Shown piece after piece: positions 1 through 8,570 of a DNA stretch of 64,000 nt. Position 1 is the stretch's first letter; every line of letters starts with the position of its first letter. The translations under genes were made by a program, and so were the position numbers. Source of the DNA: a virus; IMG/VR virus record IMGVR_UViG_3300044701_003269, positions 32,001-96,000 of that record; one strand, written 5' to 3'. The notes under the pieces are model-generated. The model saw nothing but the letters and a program-made list of their open reading frames with translations, did no database searches and was not told the origin of the DNA.

Positions 1-59
1 ATTTATTTCATGTAGAAAGAAAACCACTCGATGAAACAGTGCAGAAGTTTTTTAGTAGT

Positions 60-302
60 TTAGGTGCTCTTATTGCTACTGCTGGTTCCGCAGGTATCAC
101 AATCTATAGATTTATCAAGGCTGGACTTTGATTTTTTATTGGCAGCATCAACTCCAAAGGTTGCTAGAGCAGAAGTAAATACGGATGCTATAAAAGTAGC
201 ATCCATTTTTTTTAAGTAGTCCATATAGTTCAAAGTTAGTAAAGTTGCAGACCATCCAAGAATTGCCAATCTAATTACTGTAAATGAACTTATGTTTTTC
301 AT
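60..302 (-). CDS. hypothetical membrane protein
   Basis: 80 aa ORF with two hydrophobic stretches; ATGA overlap with upstream ORF 299..454. Confidence 0.7.
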   Translation of the reverse strand: MKNISSFTVIRLAILGWSATLLTLNYMDYLKKMDATFIASVFTSALATFGVDAANKKSKSSLDKSIDCDTCGTSSSNKST

Positions 303-454
303 TTTAACTTTCTACCTCTTTTAGCAGGTCTACGAATAAAACGAATTATTTCTGGCGGTTGTTTTTTGGGAATAGGTCTCCTGTTCTCAAGCATTATTCC
401 ATCATTTGTTAGTAAACGAATTAGAACTAAGAGTGATAAAACTTTTCTTTTCAT
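299..454 (-). CDS. small basic hypothetical protein (51 aa, MKRKVLSLLV...)
   Basis: Translated by hand; fills the gap between neighbours; stop overlaps next ATG. Confidence 0.55.
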   Translation of the reverse strand: MKRKVLSLLVLIRLLTNDGIMLENRRPIPKKQPPEIIRFIRRPAKRGRKLK

Positions 455-455
455 T

Positions 456-794
456 TTACGTGTAAGGTTTTACTATACCTTCTGTTAACATTCTTTCATT
501 TACGGTGAATGAATCACCTACAAGATAAAGAGTTCCCAGGATTCTTCCATACTTGTCTTCTTTATGGGTTTCAATAACCCACTCATTAGAACGTGAGAGT
601 TCTTTTTCTAACCAAAGTCTTGCTTTAATACCTTCTGCTTTTTCTGATAAGTTCGTTGTTCTTGTTTCTGCAGCATCAATACCTTTGAGACGAACTCTCT
701 GTTTTATTGTAATATCAAAACCCAAATCAATATCAATGTCAATAGTGTCTCCATCAATGACTCTGTGAATTTTCTTTATCTTGTATTGATACAT
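456..794 (-). CDS. staphylococcal-nuclease (SNase/thermonuclease)-like protein
   Basis: Motifs VIDGDTI, RVRLKGIDAAE, DKYGRILG, VNERML. Confidence 0.85.
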   Translation of the reverse strand: MYQYKIKKIHRVIDGDTIDIDIDLGFDITIKQRVRLKGIDAAETRTTNLSEKAEGIKARLWLEKELSRSNEWVIETHKEDKYGRILGTLYLVGDSFTVNERMLTEGIVKPYT

Positions 795-900
795 CTTTCA
801 TCTCCAGATGTGCTAATCTTAATATGTAATAAATTGTCCAGGCCGTGAATGTTAATCCACATCCAAGTATAACTACTACACCCCAAGGGAAGTCATTCAT
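754..900 (-). CDS. small membrane protein (48 aa, MNDFPWGVVVILGCG...)
   Basis: Translated by hand; one TM-like segment; ATGA overlap with 897..1091. Confidence 0.5.
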   Translation of the reverse strand: MNDFPWGVVVILGCGLTFTAWTIYYILRLAHLEMKDVSIQDKENSQSH

Positions 901-1091
901 AATTTTCCTTCTTTTTTATGTATCCAGGTTTTGAGTTCGTGTAGATATTGTCTCAAGTTATCTGCTTTTTCTAGATGCCAAACATCACCACTCTTGAAAT
1001 ATTCTTGAGTGTGATTGTCGATTGCTTTTAAAATATTATGTATCGGTGCGTTCCAAGGTTCCCTTTTGGGAGTATTCCATTCCCTTGGCAT
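897..1091 (-). CDS. hypothetical phage protein
   Basis: 64 aa ORF downstream of TAAATA late-type motifs on the minus strand (~1113-1140). Confidence 0.7.
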   Translation of the reverse strand: MPREWNTPKREPWNAPIHNILKAIDNHTQEYFKSGDVWHLEKADNLRQYLHELKTWIHKKEGKL

Positions 1092-1166
1092 TGGTGGGAA
1101 AGCAGTTTTAATTATTTAGAATAAAGGGTGTTTATTTATACCGCGCCACCTTAGAGGGTGGGCTCA

Positions 1167-1200
1167 TTGACAGGGTTTCAAAACAGTGTTATGATAAATA
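1167..1200 (+). promoter_or_regulatory. psbA promoter: sigma70-type plus overlapping late-promoter motif
   Basis: TTGACA(1167-1172)-17 bp-TATGAT(1190-1195), overlapping ATAAATA(1194-1200). Confidence 0.8.
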
Positions 1201-1242
1201 CATCAACAGGTTAAGGAATGTAACAGTTCCTTAATCTTTGTA

Positions 1243-1350
1243 ACTCCCACTAACCGAGACCTATGGGGAGTATAAACACGTCTCTCATATCCTAGACTTA
1301 GGGTGTCTAGGAAATAAGTATCTCCACCATTTCCCTGATGGATCTACTTA
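1243..1350 (+). ncRNA. structured psbA 5' leader, likely PhotoRC-II-type cis-regulatory RNA
   Basis: GAGAC/GTCTC pairing; hairpins CCTAGAC-ttagggt-GTCTAGG and CCAT-ttccctg-ATGG with complementary loops (AGGG/CCCT); directly upstream of phage psbA. Confidence 0.65.
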
Positions 1351-1361
1351 CTTTTTAAAAA

Positions 1362-2441
1362 ATGACTGCTACAATTTCACAACAACGACAATTAAATACT
1401 TGGGAACAGTTCTGCAACTGGGTTACTTCAACCGATAATCGTCTTTATGTCGGTTGGTTTGGAGTCCTGATGATTCCCTGCCTGCTTGCTGCAACAACTT
1501 GCTTCATCATCGCATTCATCGGTGCTCCCCCTGTGGACATTGATGGTATCCGCGAACCTGTTGCTGGTTCCTTAATGTACGGAAACAACATCATCTCCGG
1601 TGCTGTTGTTCCTTCGTCCAATGCAATTGGACTGCACTTCTACCCCATCTGGGAAGCTGCTTCCCTAGATGAGTGGCTCTACAACGGTGGTCCTTTCCAA
1701 CTCGTTGTATTCCACTTCCTCATTGGCATCTATGCCTATATGGGTCGTGAGTGGGAACTTTCATACCGCCTAGGTATGCGTCCTTGGATCTGTGTTGCTT
1801 ACAGCGCCCCTGTTGCTGCTGCATCCGCAGTATTCCTGGTCTATCCTTTCGGTCAAGGTTCTTTCTCTGATGCTATGCCTCTTGGTATCTCTGGCACCTT
1901 TAACTATATGCTTGTGTTCCAGGCAGAACATAACATCCTGATGCACCCCTTCCACATGCTTGGAGTTGCTGGTGTCTTCGGTGGTTCTCTGTTCAGTGCT
2001 ATGCACGGTTCTCTGGTTACTTCCTCACTAGTTCGTGAAACCACTGAGAATGAGTCACAGAACTATGGTTACAAGTTCGGTCAAGAAGAAGAGACCTACA
2101 ACATCGTTGCTGCTCACGGTTATTTCGGACGCCTTATTTTCCAATATGCTTCCTTTAATAACTCACGTTCACTTCACTTCTTCCTTGCTGCTTGGCCTGT
2201 AGTTGGCATCTGGTTCACGGCGCTTGGTGTTAGCACCATGGCATTTAACCTGAATGGATTCAACTTCAACCAGTCTATCCTTGACAGTCAGGGTCGTGTG
2301 CTCAACACCTGGGCAGATGTTCTGAACCGTGCTGGTCTTGGAATGGAAGTGATGCATGAGCGTAACGCTCACAACTTCCCTCTCGATCTCGCTGCTGCTG
2401 AGAACACTCCTGTTGCTCTCACTGCACCTGCAATCGGTTGA
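1362..2441 (+). CDS. psbA: photosystem II reaction centre protein D1
   Basis: Full-length D1 ([31 protein letters not shown]); uninterrupted. Confidence 0.99.
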   Translation: MTATISQQRQLNTWEQFCNWVTSTDNRLYVGWFGVLMIPCLLAATTCFIIAFIGAPPVDIDGIREPVAGSLMYGNNIISGAVVPSSNAIGLHFYPIWEAASLDEWLYNGGPFQLVVFHFLIGIYAYMGREWELSYRLGMRPWICVAYSAPVAAASAVFLVYPFGQGSFSDAMPLGISGTFNYMLVFQAEHNILMHPFHMLGVAGVFGGSLFSAMHGSLVTSSLVRETTENESQNYGYKFGQEEETYNIVAAHGYFGRLIFQYASFNNSRSLHFFLAAWPVVGIWFTALGVSTMAFNLNGFNFNQSILDSQGRVLNTWADVLNRAGLGMEVMHERNAHNFPLDLAAAENTPVALTAPAIG

Positions 2442-2462
2442 GTTAGTTAAAACTTAATCACT

Positions 2463-2488
2463 GGGGGTCTTCGGACCCCTTTCTTTTT
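2463..2488 (+). terminator. Rho-independent terminator after psbA
   Basis: GGGGTC-TTCG-GACCCC followed by T-tract. Confidence 0.85.
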
Positions 2489-2500
2489 CGGAGGTTATAA

Positions 2501-3562
2501 ATGGTATCTTCTGCTTTACAACAACCAATTCAACAAAGGGGGTGGTTCGATGTTCTCGATGATTGGCTTAAGCGTGATAGGTTTGTTTTTGTCGGTTGGT
2601 CTGGCCTTCTCCTTTTCCCTACAGCTTATCTCGCTCTTGGCGGTTGGCTTACAGGAACCACCTTTGCTACCAGTTGGTACACCCACGGCATTGCGTCTTC
2701 ATATTTGGAGGGGTGTAACTTTCTTACTGCTGCTGTCAGCACTCCTGCTGATGCTCTCGGACATAGCCTCTTACTCCTATGGGGTCCTGAAGCTCAGGGA
2801 GATTTCGTCCGCTGGGTCCAACTTGGGGGACTCTGGACTTTTGTGGCACTACACGGCGCTTTCAGCTTAATCGGATTTATGCTTCGGCAGTTCGAGATTG
2901 CTCGACTGGTTGGCATCCGACCATATAATGCAATCGCATTCTCTGGTCCTATCGCTGTATTTGTCAGCGTGTTTCTGATGTACCCTCTGGGTCAATCATC
3001 TTGGTTCTTCGCTCCCTCTTTTGGTGTGGCAGCAATCTTCAGGTTCCTGCTGTTCCTTCAAGGGTTCCACAACTGGACACTCAACCCCTTCCATATGATG
3101 GGAGTGGCAGGTATCCTAGGTGGTGCTCTGCTCTGTGCTATTCACGGTGCTACTGTGGAGAATACTCTCTATGAAGATAGCGACCAAGCAAACACTTTCA
3201 AAGCTTTTGAACCCACGCAAGAGGAGGAAACTTATTCGATGGTTACTGCTAACCGTTTCTGGTCACAGATTTTCGGTATTGCTTTTAGTAACAAGCGTTG
3301 GTTGCATTTCTTTATGCTCTTTGTTCCCGTCATGGGTTTATGGACCTCTAGTATCGGTATCATTGGACTCGCTCTTAATCTTCGTGCTTACGACTTTGTA
3401 TCTCAAGAAGTTCGTGCGGCGGAGGATCCGGAGTTCGAGACGTTCTACACAAAGAACATTCTATTAAATGAAGGCCTTCGTGCTTGGATGGCTCCAGTAG
3501 ACCAGCCTCATGAGAATTTTGTGTTCCCAGAGGAAGTTCTACCGCGAGGTAATGCACTTTAA
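2501..3562 (+). CDS. psbD: photosystem II reaction centre protein D2
   Basis: Full-length D2 ([16 protein letters not shown] ... [10 protein letters not shown]); GGAGG RBS upstream. Confidence 0.99.
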   Translation: MVSSALQQPIQQRGWFDVLDDWLKRDRFVFVGWSGLLLFPTAYLALGGWLTGTTFATSWYTHGIASSYLEGCNFLTAAVSTPADALGHSLLLLWGPEAQGDFVRWVQLGGLWTFVALHGAFSLIGFMLRQFEIARLVGIRPYNAIAFSGPIAVFVSVFLMYPLGQSSWFFAPSFGVAAIFRFLLFLQGFHNWTLNPFHMMGVAGILGGALLCAIHGATVENTLYEDSDQANTFKAFEPTQEEETYSMVTANRFWSQIFGIAFSNKRWLHFFMLFVPVMGLWTSSIGIIGLALNLRAYDFVSQEVRAAEDPEFETFYTKNILLNEGLRAWMAPVDQPHENFVFPEEVLPRGNAL

Positions 3563-3571
3563 AATAAATAG

Positions 3572-3597
3572 AGGAGTTCTCTGGAACTCCTTTTTTT
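3572..3597 (+). terminator. Rho-independent terminator after psbD
   Basis: AGGAGTTC-tctg-GAACTCCT + T-run. Confidence 0.8.
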
Positions 3598-3683
3598 ATG
3601 TTTGGAATCCTAATATTTTTTATTCTCTTTGGGATTTTTATGACTCTTGTATCACTCACTGACCATTATCATTATTAAAATAA

Positions 3684-3803
3684 ATGTCTCATAATCACGA
3701 AGAAGAAGATATTCCCAGTTGGGTTATATGGATGGGAATAAGTATCTTAGTATTCACTGTTCTTTGTTTTGTATTGATGACACTTGGAATGCTCTATTGG
3801 TAA
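3684..3803 (+). CDS. small single-TM protein (39 aa, MSHNHEEEDIPSWVIW...)
   Basis: Translated by hand; acidic N-terminus then hydrophobic helix. Confidence 0.5.
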   Translation: MSHNHEEEDIPSWVIWMGISILVFTVLCFVLMTLGMLYW

Positions 3804-3837
3804 GCAATTTCTAAATAATTTTTTACAATACTTAACG

Positions 3838-4503
3838 ATGCTTTTAGACTTAGCACACACAATTGCTGACTATACTATATGTGGTGAAGGTAACGTATCA
3901 GAAAGAAAAACTGAAGATACTTTTCTAATCAAAGCAAGTGGCACAAGTCTCCATACATTATCAGAAGAAGATTTAGTTCTGGTGAATACTGATGCTCAAC
4001 AATTAAAACCAGAACAAAAGAAACCAAGTATTGAAGTGCTTTTTCATGCATGGATTATGAAGCACTTTCCAGAGATTAACTATATCGCTCATACTCATCC
4101 ACCAAAGACAACCCAGATACTCTGCTCTCCTGCGATAAATGATTTCGCTACTCAAAGATGGTTTCCAGACCAGATCGTAAGGAATGGTGTATTGTCATGT
4201 TTAGTTCCTTATGCTCCCCCTGGAGCTCGTCTACTTCAAAATGTAGACAAGTATGTTGGTGATTTTGTAGATGACTATGGATACTTTCCTAAGTTGATTC
4301 TTCTGGAGAATCATGGTATTATCACAGCATCACCTTACCAAAAGGATTGTGCTGCTGCTACTCTGATGTGTGAAAAATCTGCAGAAATCTTTATTGGTGC
4401 TAAACTTCTTGGTGGCGTTAACTTTCTCCCAGATGAAGAGATTGAGCACTTAGAAAACTGCCCTGGTGAGCAGTATCGTCGTCGCATGTATTTTGTCAAG
4501 TAA
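3838..4503 (+). CDS. class II aldolase/adducin family protein
   Basis: EGNVS, IKASG, KPSIEVLFH, AHTHP, LENHG metal-binding motifs; ATG at 3838 preferred over the track start. Confidence 0.85.
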   Translation: MLLDLAHTIADYTICGEGNVSERKTEDTFLIKASGTSLHTLSEEDLVLVNTDAQQLKPEQKKPSIEVLFHAWIMKHFPEINYIAHTHPPKTTQILCSPAINDFATQRWFPDQIVRNGVLSCLVPYAPPGARLLQNVDKYVGDFVDDYGYFPKLILLENHGIITASPYQKDCAAATLMCEKSAEIFIGAKLLGGVNFLPDEEIEHLENCPGEQYRRRMYFVK

Positions 4504-4529
4504 CTACATAGAAAAGTCGCAAAACTAAA

Positions 4530-4691
4530 ATGAAAACCCTAACACTCACGGAAGACCAGATTAAACTTCTTGCCGATGCGGTATGGATGCGTCAGAGATG
4601 CTTTATTGCTGGCGACAAAAGGTTCAAAGAATATGGAGTAATGCTAGAAAATATTGTAGGAGATATAGAATACATACCATCTCGTTATTAA
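4530..4691 (+). CDS. hypothetical protein (53 aa, MKTLTLTEDQ...)
   Basis: Translated by hand; tightly packed in the operon. Confidence 0.55.
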   Translation: MKTLTLTEDQIKLLADAVWMRQRCFIAGDKRFKEYGVMLENIVGDIEYIPSRY

Positions 4692-4692
4692 A

Positions 4693-4812
4693 ATGATTAC
4701 TTCAGAAACACCTTACAAACTTGCTGAAATTATTAGAGACACTTGGCCAAAACTTTACAGACCGGCAAAAGAAACCTATAATACAAAGAGTCAGAAGAAA
4801 GAGAATGTATGA
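4693..4812 (+). CDS. hypothetical protein (39 aa, MITSETPYKLAEIIRDTWP...)
   Basis: Translated by hand; tightly packed. Confidence 0.5.
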   Translation: MITSETPYKLAEIIRDTWPKLYRPAKETYNTKSQKKENV

Positions 4813-5089
4813 TTATTGGGTGGTGACTGACAAAACTACAGGTAGAGTTATCTCTCACTGTGGAGAAGAACACGACGCGCTTATGATGGTAAGTTTTGAC
4901 CCTGATAGAAGAACTTACCGAAAACAGAAGTTCATTATGGATCAAGTAATTACAATCACATCAACAACAGATAAACAACTTCCAGGTCAACAAGGACTAC
5001 CAGCAGCGAAAGAAGAACTGCAACCAGTAGAACTTCAGCAGCAAGTGTGGCTTCCCGAAGGTCGAGGAGTTCCAGTTAACGCTAAATAA
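4805..5089 (+). CDS. hypothetical protein
   Basis: ORF track 4721..5089; ATG at 4805 (MYDYWVV) is more likely. Confidence 0.65.
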   Translation: MYDYWVVTDKTTGRVISHCGEEHDALMMVSFDPDRRTYRKQKFIMDQVITITSTTDKQLPGQQGLPAAKEELQPVELQQQVWLPEGRGVPVNAK

Positions 5090-5109
5090 CTTTCAGTTTA
5101 TAAAAAATT

Positions 5110-5346
5110 ATGAAGTTCACAGTTTATTCAAAAGATGGTTGCCCGTATTGCACCAAAGTTCAACAAGTGCTAGAATTGGCAGAATTGCAACATGTGGTAT
5201 ATAAACTAGATGTTGATTTTACCCGCGAAGAATTCTATGCAGAATTTGGAACAGGTTCAACATTCCCACAAGTCATCTTGGATGAAAAACATATTGGAGG
5301 TTGTTCCGATACAGTTCAATATCTACAGGAGCAAAATCTAGTTTAA
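5110..5346 (+). CDS. nrdC: glutaredoxin
   Basis: CPYC active site, TFPQV, IGG motifs. Confidence 0.92.
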   Translation: MKFTVYSKDGCPYCTKVQQVLELAELQHVVYKLDVDFTREEFYAEFGTGSTFPQVILDEKHIGGCSDTVQYLQEQNLV

Positions 5347-5705
5347 TGGAAACTAATTTTCACGAAGTTTATAATGATGTAGAGAAAGCTATCGACTATG
5401 CTTTCAACGGACAATTTGTATTAAAGTTTTATGATTATTTAAAAGTTCGTGGAACAAAAAGAGTTGAGGTTGAAGAGTTTATTGAAAGTTCTACCGCAAG
5501 TGAAATTAATAATTTAGTAATGGACCTTGATGACTACCTTGAAGGTGGTTCTGATGAGATGCATAAACAACTTCGGGAAGGATACGGACATATTCCAAAA
5601 CCACAAGCAAGAAAAATTAGAAATTACCTTTATGGTATATTAGAAGATGCCTGGAAGTATAGTCATGACAAAAGACCAGGGAGACGCAAAAAGCAAACTA
5701 AATAA
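5346..5705 (+). CDS. hypothetical cyanophage protein
   Basis: ATG overlaps the glutaredoxin stop (TAATG). Confidence 0.75.
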   Translation: METNFHEVYNDVEKAIDYAFNGQFVLKFYDYLKVRGTKRVEVEEFIESSTASEINNLVMDLDDYLEGGSDEMHKQLREGYGHIPKPQARKIRNYLYGILEDAWKYSHDKRPGRRKKQTK

Positions 5706-5868
5706 ATCAGAACCCCAAATTAATAGGGGTGTTGAGTTATTACTACGCAATAGGAGAAGACCAGAAAAACCAAAAACTTTTCAAGTGAAGTTTGGTAAAA
5801 TGGTCTCTCTTCTGAAGAGAGAGTTCCACTTCTTTATCGACATTCACTTTGACATAAGGAAAAAGTAA
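5647..5868 (+). CDS. hypothetical protein (start uncertain)
   Basis: ORF fills the gap before 5887. Confidence 0.45.
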   Translation: MPGSIVMTKDQGDAKSKLNKSEPQINRGVELLLRNRRRPEKPKTFQVKFGKMVSLLKREFHFFIDIHFDIRKK

Positions 5869-5886
5869 ACTCTCTGGAGAAGACAA

Positions 5887-6120
5887 ATGTTAGCAGTAAC
5901 TCTAACTATAGGAACATTAGTTTCAATCATGTTCTTTTTTGTAGGAGGAGTAGTAGGGTGGTTGGCAAAGGAACACTTCTACCAAACTCAACCAGTTTAT
6001 ACACACCCAGAGATGTTTGATTCAAATGGGAATGTAATACCAGACGAAATTTTAGCAGTGAGATTTGAGAACGATTATGGCTACGACTACGACGACGAAG
6101 AAGACGAAGACAGCGATTGA
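5887..6120 (+). CDS. single-TM protein with acidic C-terminus
   Basis: GGAG RBS; N-terminal TM; HPEMFD motif. Confidence 0.75.
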   Translation: MLAVTLTIGTLVSIMFFFVGGVVGWLAKEHFYQTQPVYTHPEMFDSNGNVIPDEILAVRFENDYGYDYDDEEDEDSD

Positions 6121-6655
6121 AAAACCCATCGAAAGTCTTCCATCAAATCCTTTTGTATTTGAGATTTTAGAACTTGCATCTAAACAGAGAAGTAGTTCTA
6201 AAAAAGTAGAAGTTTTAAAAACATACGACCACCCATCCCTTAAAACTATTTTTATTTGGAACTTTGATGAAACGGTAATTTCACTTCTACCTGAAGGTGA
6301 TGTTCCTTATGGTGATCTAAAAGACCAAAATGTTTACTCTGGATCTTTGTCAGAAAACCTGAGGAGAGAATCTCTAGGTGGAGAATCTGCTACAGGCCAA
6401 GACCTTGATGGTAGAGGGCGCACATCTTTGCGTAGAGAGTATCAAAACCTTTATCATTATGTTAAGGGTGGAAATAATACTCTGACTACAATTCGTAGAG
6501 AGATGATGTTTATTAATCTTCTTCAGGGTCTTCATCCTAGAGAAGCAGAATTGTTGATTCTAACTAAAGATAAGAAACTTACCGATAAATATAAGATAAC
6601 ATTTGAGAATGTTAAAGAAGCATACCCTGATATCACCTGGGGTGGCCGTTCATGA
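6077..6655 (+). CDS. hypothetical T4-like phage protein
   Basis: LPEGDVPY, RREMMFINLLQGLHPREAELL; ATG at 6077. Confidence 0.8.
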   Translation: MATTTTTKKTKTAIEKPIESLPSNPFVFEILELASKQRSSSKKVEVLKTYDHPSLKTIFIWNFDETVISLLPEGDVPYGDLKDQNVYSGSLSENLRRESLGGESATGQDLDGRGRTSLRREYQNLYHYVKGGNNTLTTIRREMMFINLLQGLHPREAELLILTKDKKLTDKYKITFENVKEAYPDITWGGRS

Positions 6656-6990
6656 CAGTAGTTGTTGGAGAAGATATTAAAATGGCAGAATACACTGATA
6701 ATCAAAAACTAGTTCTGCCACATGAATATGGATGTGAAATTCTTCTGGAAAAAACAACTCTAGACAAAGCAAAAGATTCTTCATTTCCAAATGATGCTTA
6801 TTTGATTTGGTATATTGTGAATGGAGATGAGCATATTGATTTAACCAGAGCTGCAAAGAGAGTGAATCTGTTTGATATGTATTATGATAAGTATGGTCCT
6901 GGTGCAGTTCAAAAAATTGATTTTGGATATGGTAGAGTGAGTCCCAAACTTTGGGGATATAAACAACCTGAGAAAAAGAAAAAAAGATGA
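6652..6990 (+). CDS. hypothetical cyanophage protein
   Basis: ATGA-coupled ORF. Confidence 0.75.
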   Translation: MTVVVGEDIKMAEYTDNQKLVLPHEYGCEILLEKTTLDKAKDSSFPNDAYLIWYIVNGDEHIDLTRAAKRVNLFDMYYDKYGPGAVQKIDFGYGRVSPKLWGYKQPEKKKKR

Positions 6991-7175
6991 GTGAAGGTTT
7001 TAGTGAAGAAAAAATAGAAGTATCTATTTACAAAGATGAAGTAAAAAAACTTCTAAAACAATACAAAAAAATTAAAAAATATCAAAGGTCTTCAATTTTT
7101 GAAGTTAAAACTATGGATGGAACAGAAACTTATATTAGTGATTTGCTAAAGGAAGTGGAGGATAATCCACGATAA
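6987..7175 (+). CDS. hypothetical protein
   Basis: ATGA-coupled ORF, 62 aa. Confidence 0.65.
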   Translation: MSEGFSEEKIEVSIYKDEVKKLLKQYKKIKKYQRSSIFEVKTMDGTETYISDLLKEVEDNPR

Positions 7176-7502
7176 ATGGGAAAGCATTATCTTCTTAACT
7201 TATATGGATGCTCGTTTGTCCTTTTGGACGACGAGCGTTGTCTTATAGACTTATTAGAAAACGCAGCAGTTGCAAGTGGTGCTACTGTGATTCAGACTAT
7301 CTCGAAGAAGTTTGAACCACAGGGTGTTACTGTAATTTGTTTGTTATCGGAAAGTCATATTAGTATTCATACTTGGCCTGAGGAAGGTAAGGCAGCGGTG
7401 GATGTATATACCTGTGGTGATTGCAATCCCAAGATTGGATGCGACATTATCATTCACCAACTATCTGCATCTAATCACACGCTTAGTTACATAGAGCGTT
7501 GA
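7176..7502 (+). CDS. speD: S-adenosylmethionine decarboxylase proenzyme (pyruvoyl-dependent)
   Basis: GKH, FEPQGVT, LSESHISIHTWPE (E-S cleavage site), DVYTCG. Confidence 0.9.
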   Translation: MGKHYLLNLYGCSFVLLDDERCLIDLLENAAVASGATVIQTISKKFEPQGVTVICLLSESHISIHTWPEEGKAAVDVYTCGDCNPKIGCDIIIHQLSASNHTLSYIER

Positions 7503-7527
7503 CAGATTAGTAAAGAAGGTGTAGAAT
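7499..7527 (+). promoter_or_regulatory. sigma70-type (early) promoter
   Basis: TTGACA-17 bp-TAGAAT. Confidence 0.75.
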
Positions 7528-7549
7528 CAATCCAAATATACAATTTATC

Positions 7550-7753
7550 ATGGACTACAAACCCTATAGTATGGAATGGAGTAGGCGCAGATATCTTGCC
7601 GAAGCAATCCAAAAATATTTTGACACTGATGCTTCTTTAGATGTTGTTCTAGATGATATCGTAAGTGTCCTTGAAGAAAATGTAGAGCACCATAAAAGTC
7701 GTGCTGAAAGGTTTCAGGGTGTTTTGGATGGATTAAAATCACTCCCATATTAA
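7550..7753 (+). CDS. hypothetical protein
   Basis: 67 aa ORF after the promoter. Confidence 0.7.
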   Translation: MDYKPYSMEWSRRRYLAEAIQKYFDTDASLDVVLDDIVSVLEENVEHHKSRAERFQGVLDGLKSLPY

Positions 7754-7779
7754 TAAATAAACCTATACGGAGATTAAAC

Positions 7780-8097
7780 ATGCTCTCTACTCAGTATCGT
7801 TTACGCCTTGAAGCAATTTGCGAATGTATTGTAAAAGGCGAATCAGTAGAGTTAAGTGAGATGATTTGGGCTGAAAAACTTGCTAAGTCAAATCGTTCTG
7901 CTGCAACCATTTTGAGGCAAGCTAGACGCCGTGCTGCAAATCCAGATATGACAGAAGACAGTCTTGATGGATTTATGAATGCTTTGGACCTGGGGGATCC
8001 TGATCCAACCAATCATAGAACTCGTTTCAATGGCGTGGATGATATTATTGATTTCTTTGGTGGAGATAAACCAGACGACTGGAGACAAAGAGACTGA
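7780..8097 (+). CDS. hypothetical cyanophage protein
   Basis: GGAG RBS; MLSTQYRLRLE ... DDWRQRD. Confidence 0.8.
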   Translation: MLSTQYRLRLEAICECIVKGESVELSEMIWAEKLAKSNRSAATILRQARRRAANPDMTEDSLDGFMNALDLGDPDPTNHRTRFNGVDDIIDFFGGDKPDDWRQRD

Positions 8098-8297
8098 TGA
8101 CATACGAAGAGTTTTTGGATATGCCAACAACTTTTATGGATGACATGCTTAAAGTGGTTAATATTAAAAACAAATATCGTTTAAAGTTTACAGAAGAAGA
8201 AACAGAAATTAATCACCATCTTTTAACTTATTGGGAAGAAATGAAGTTAAATGAGATGAGACATAGATTTGAAAAGTGTTGGGAGATAGAGGAATGA
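8097..8297 (+). CDS. hypothetical protein
   Basis: TGATG-coupled, 66 aa. Confidence 0.65.
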   Translation: MTYEEFLDMPTTFMDDMLKVVNIKNKYRLKFTEEETEINHHLLTYWEEMKLNEMRHRFEKCWEIEE

Positions 8298-8497
8298 AAT
8301 CCTTTCAAGAATTCTTATCTGAAGAAGAGAAATCTTCAAAAAGAACTGCTGGTTATATTAATGAACCAAAGGGAAATGAGAAGTGCTCTAACTGCAATAT
8401 GTGGAGACCACCGAACGCTTGCACTGCAGTGAGTGGTAAGATCTCACCCGATGGTTGGTGCAAGTGGCATCAATATAATAGAAAGAACCAAGATTAA
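8294..8497 (+). CDS. HiPIP-like [4Fe-4S] protein with capsid-targeting-like N-terminus
   Basis: GY-x3-P-x5-C-x2-C-x8-C-x2-V-x-G-x-I-x-P-x-GWC; N-terminus MKSFQEFLSEE; GAGG RBS before ATG 8294. Confidence 0.75.
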   Translation: MKSFQEFLSEEEKSSKRTAGYINEPKGNEKCSNCNMWRPPNACTAVSGKISPDGWCKWHQYNRKNQD

Positions 8498-8512
8498 GAA
8501 ATAATAAAATTG

Positions 8513-8526
8513 GTATAACATTTTAC
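8513..8526. promoter_or_regulatory. NtcA-type binding site
   Basis: GTA-taacattt-TAC (GTA-N8-TAC), 8 bp upstream of the -35 box, with an A/T-rich flank. Confidence 0.6.
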
Positions 8527-8534
8527 AAACCTAC

Positions 8535-8563
8535 TTGACTACATAGTTCAACGGGTCTATTAT
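8535..8563 (+). promoter_or_regulatory. sigma70-type promoter
   Basis: TTGACT-17 bp-TATTAT; predicted start ~8570 coincides with the RNA motif 5' end. Confidence 0.75.
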
Positions 8564-8570
8564 GACCTTA

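Noticed and set aside
1362-3562. Introns in psbA or psbD
   Set aside because: Both ORFs are continuous and full length.
1770-3659. Overlapping ORFs within psbA/psbD (1770, 2169, 2550, 3120, 3375)
   Set aside because: Alternate-frame artefacts of conserved genes, with no RBS or motifs.
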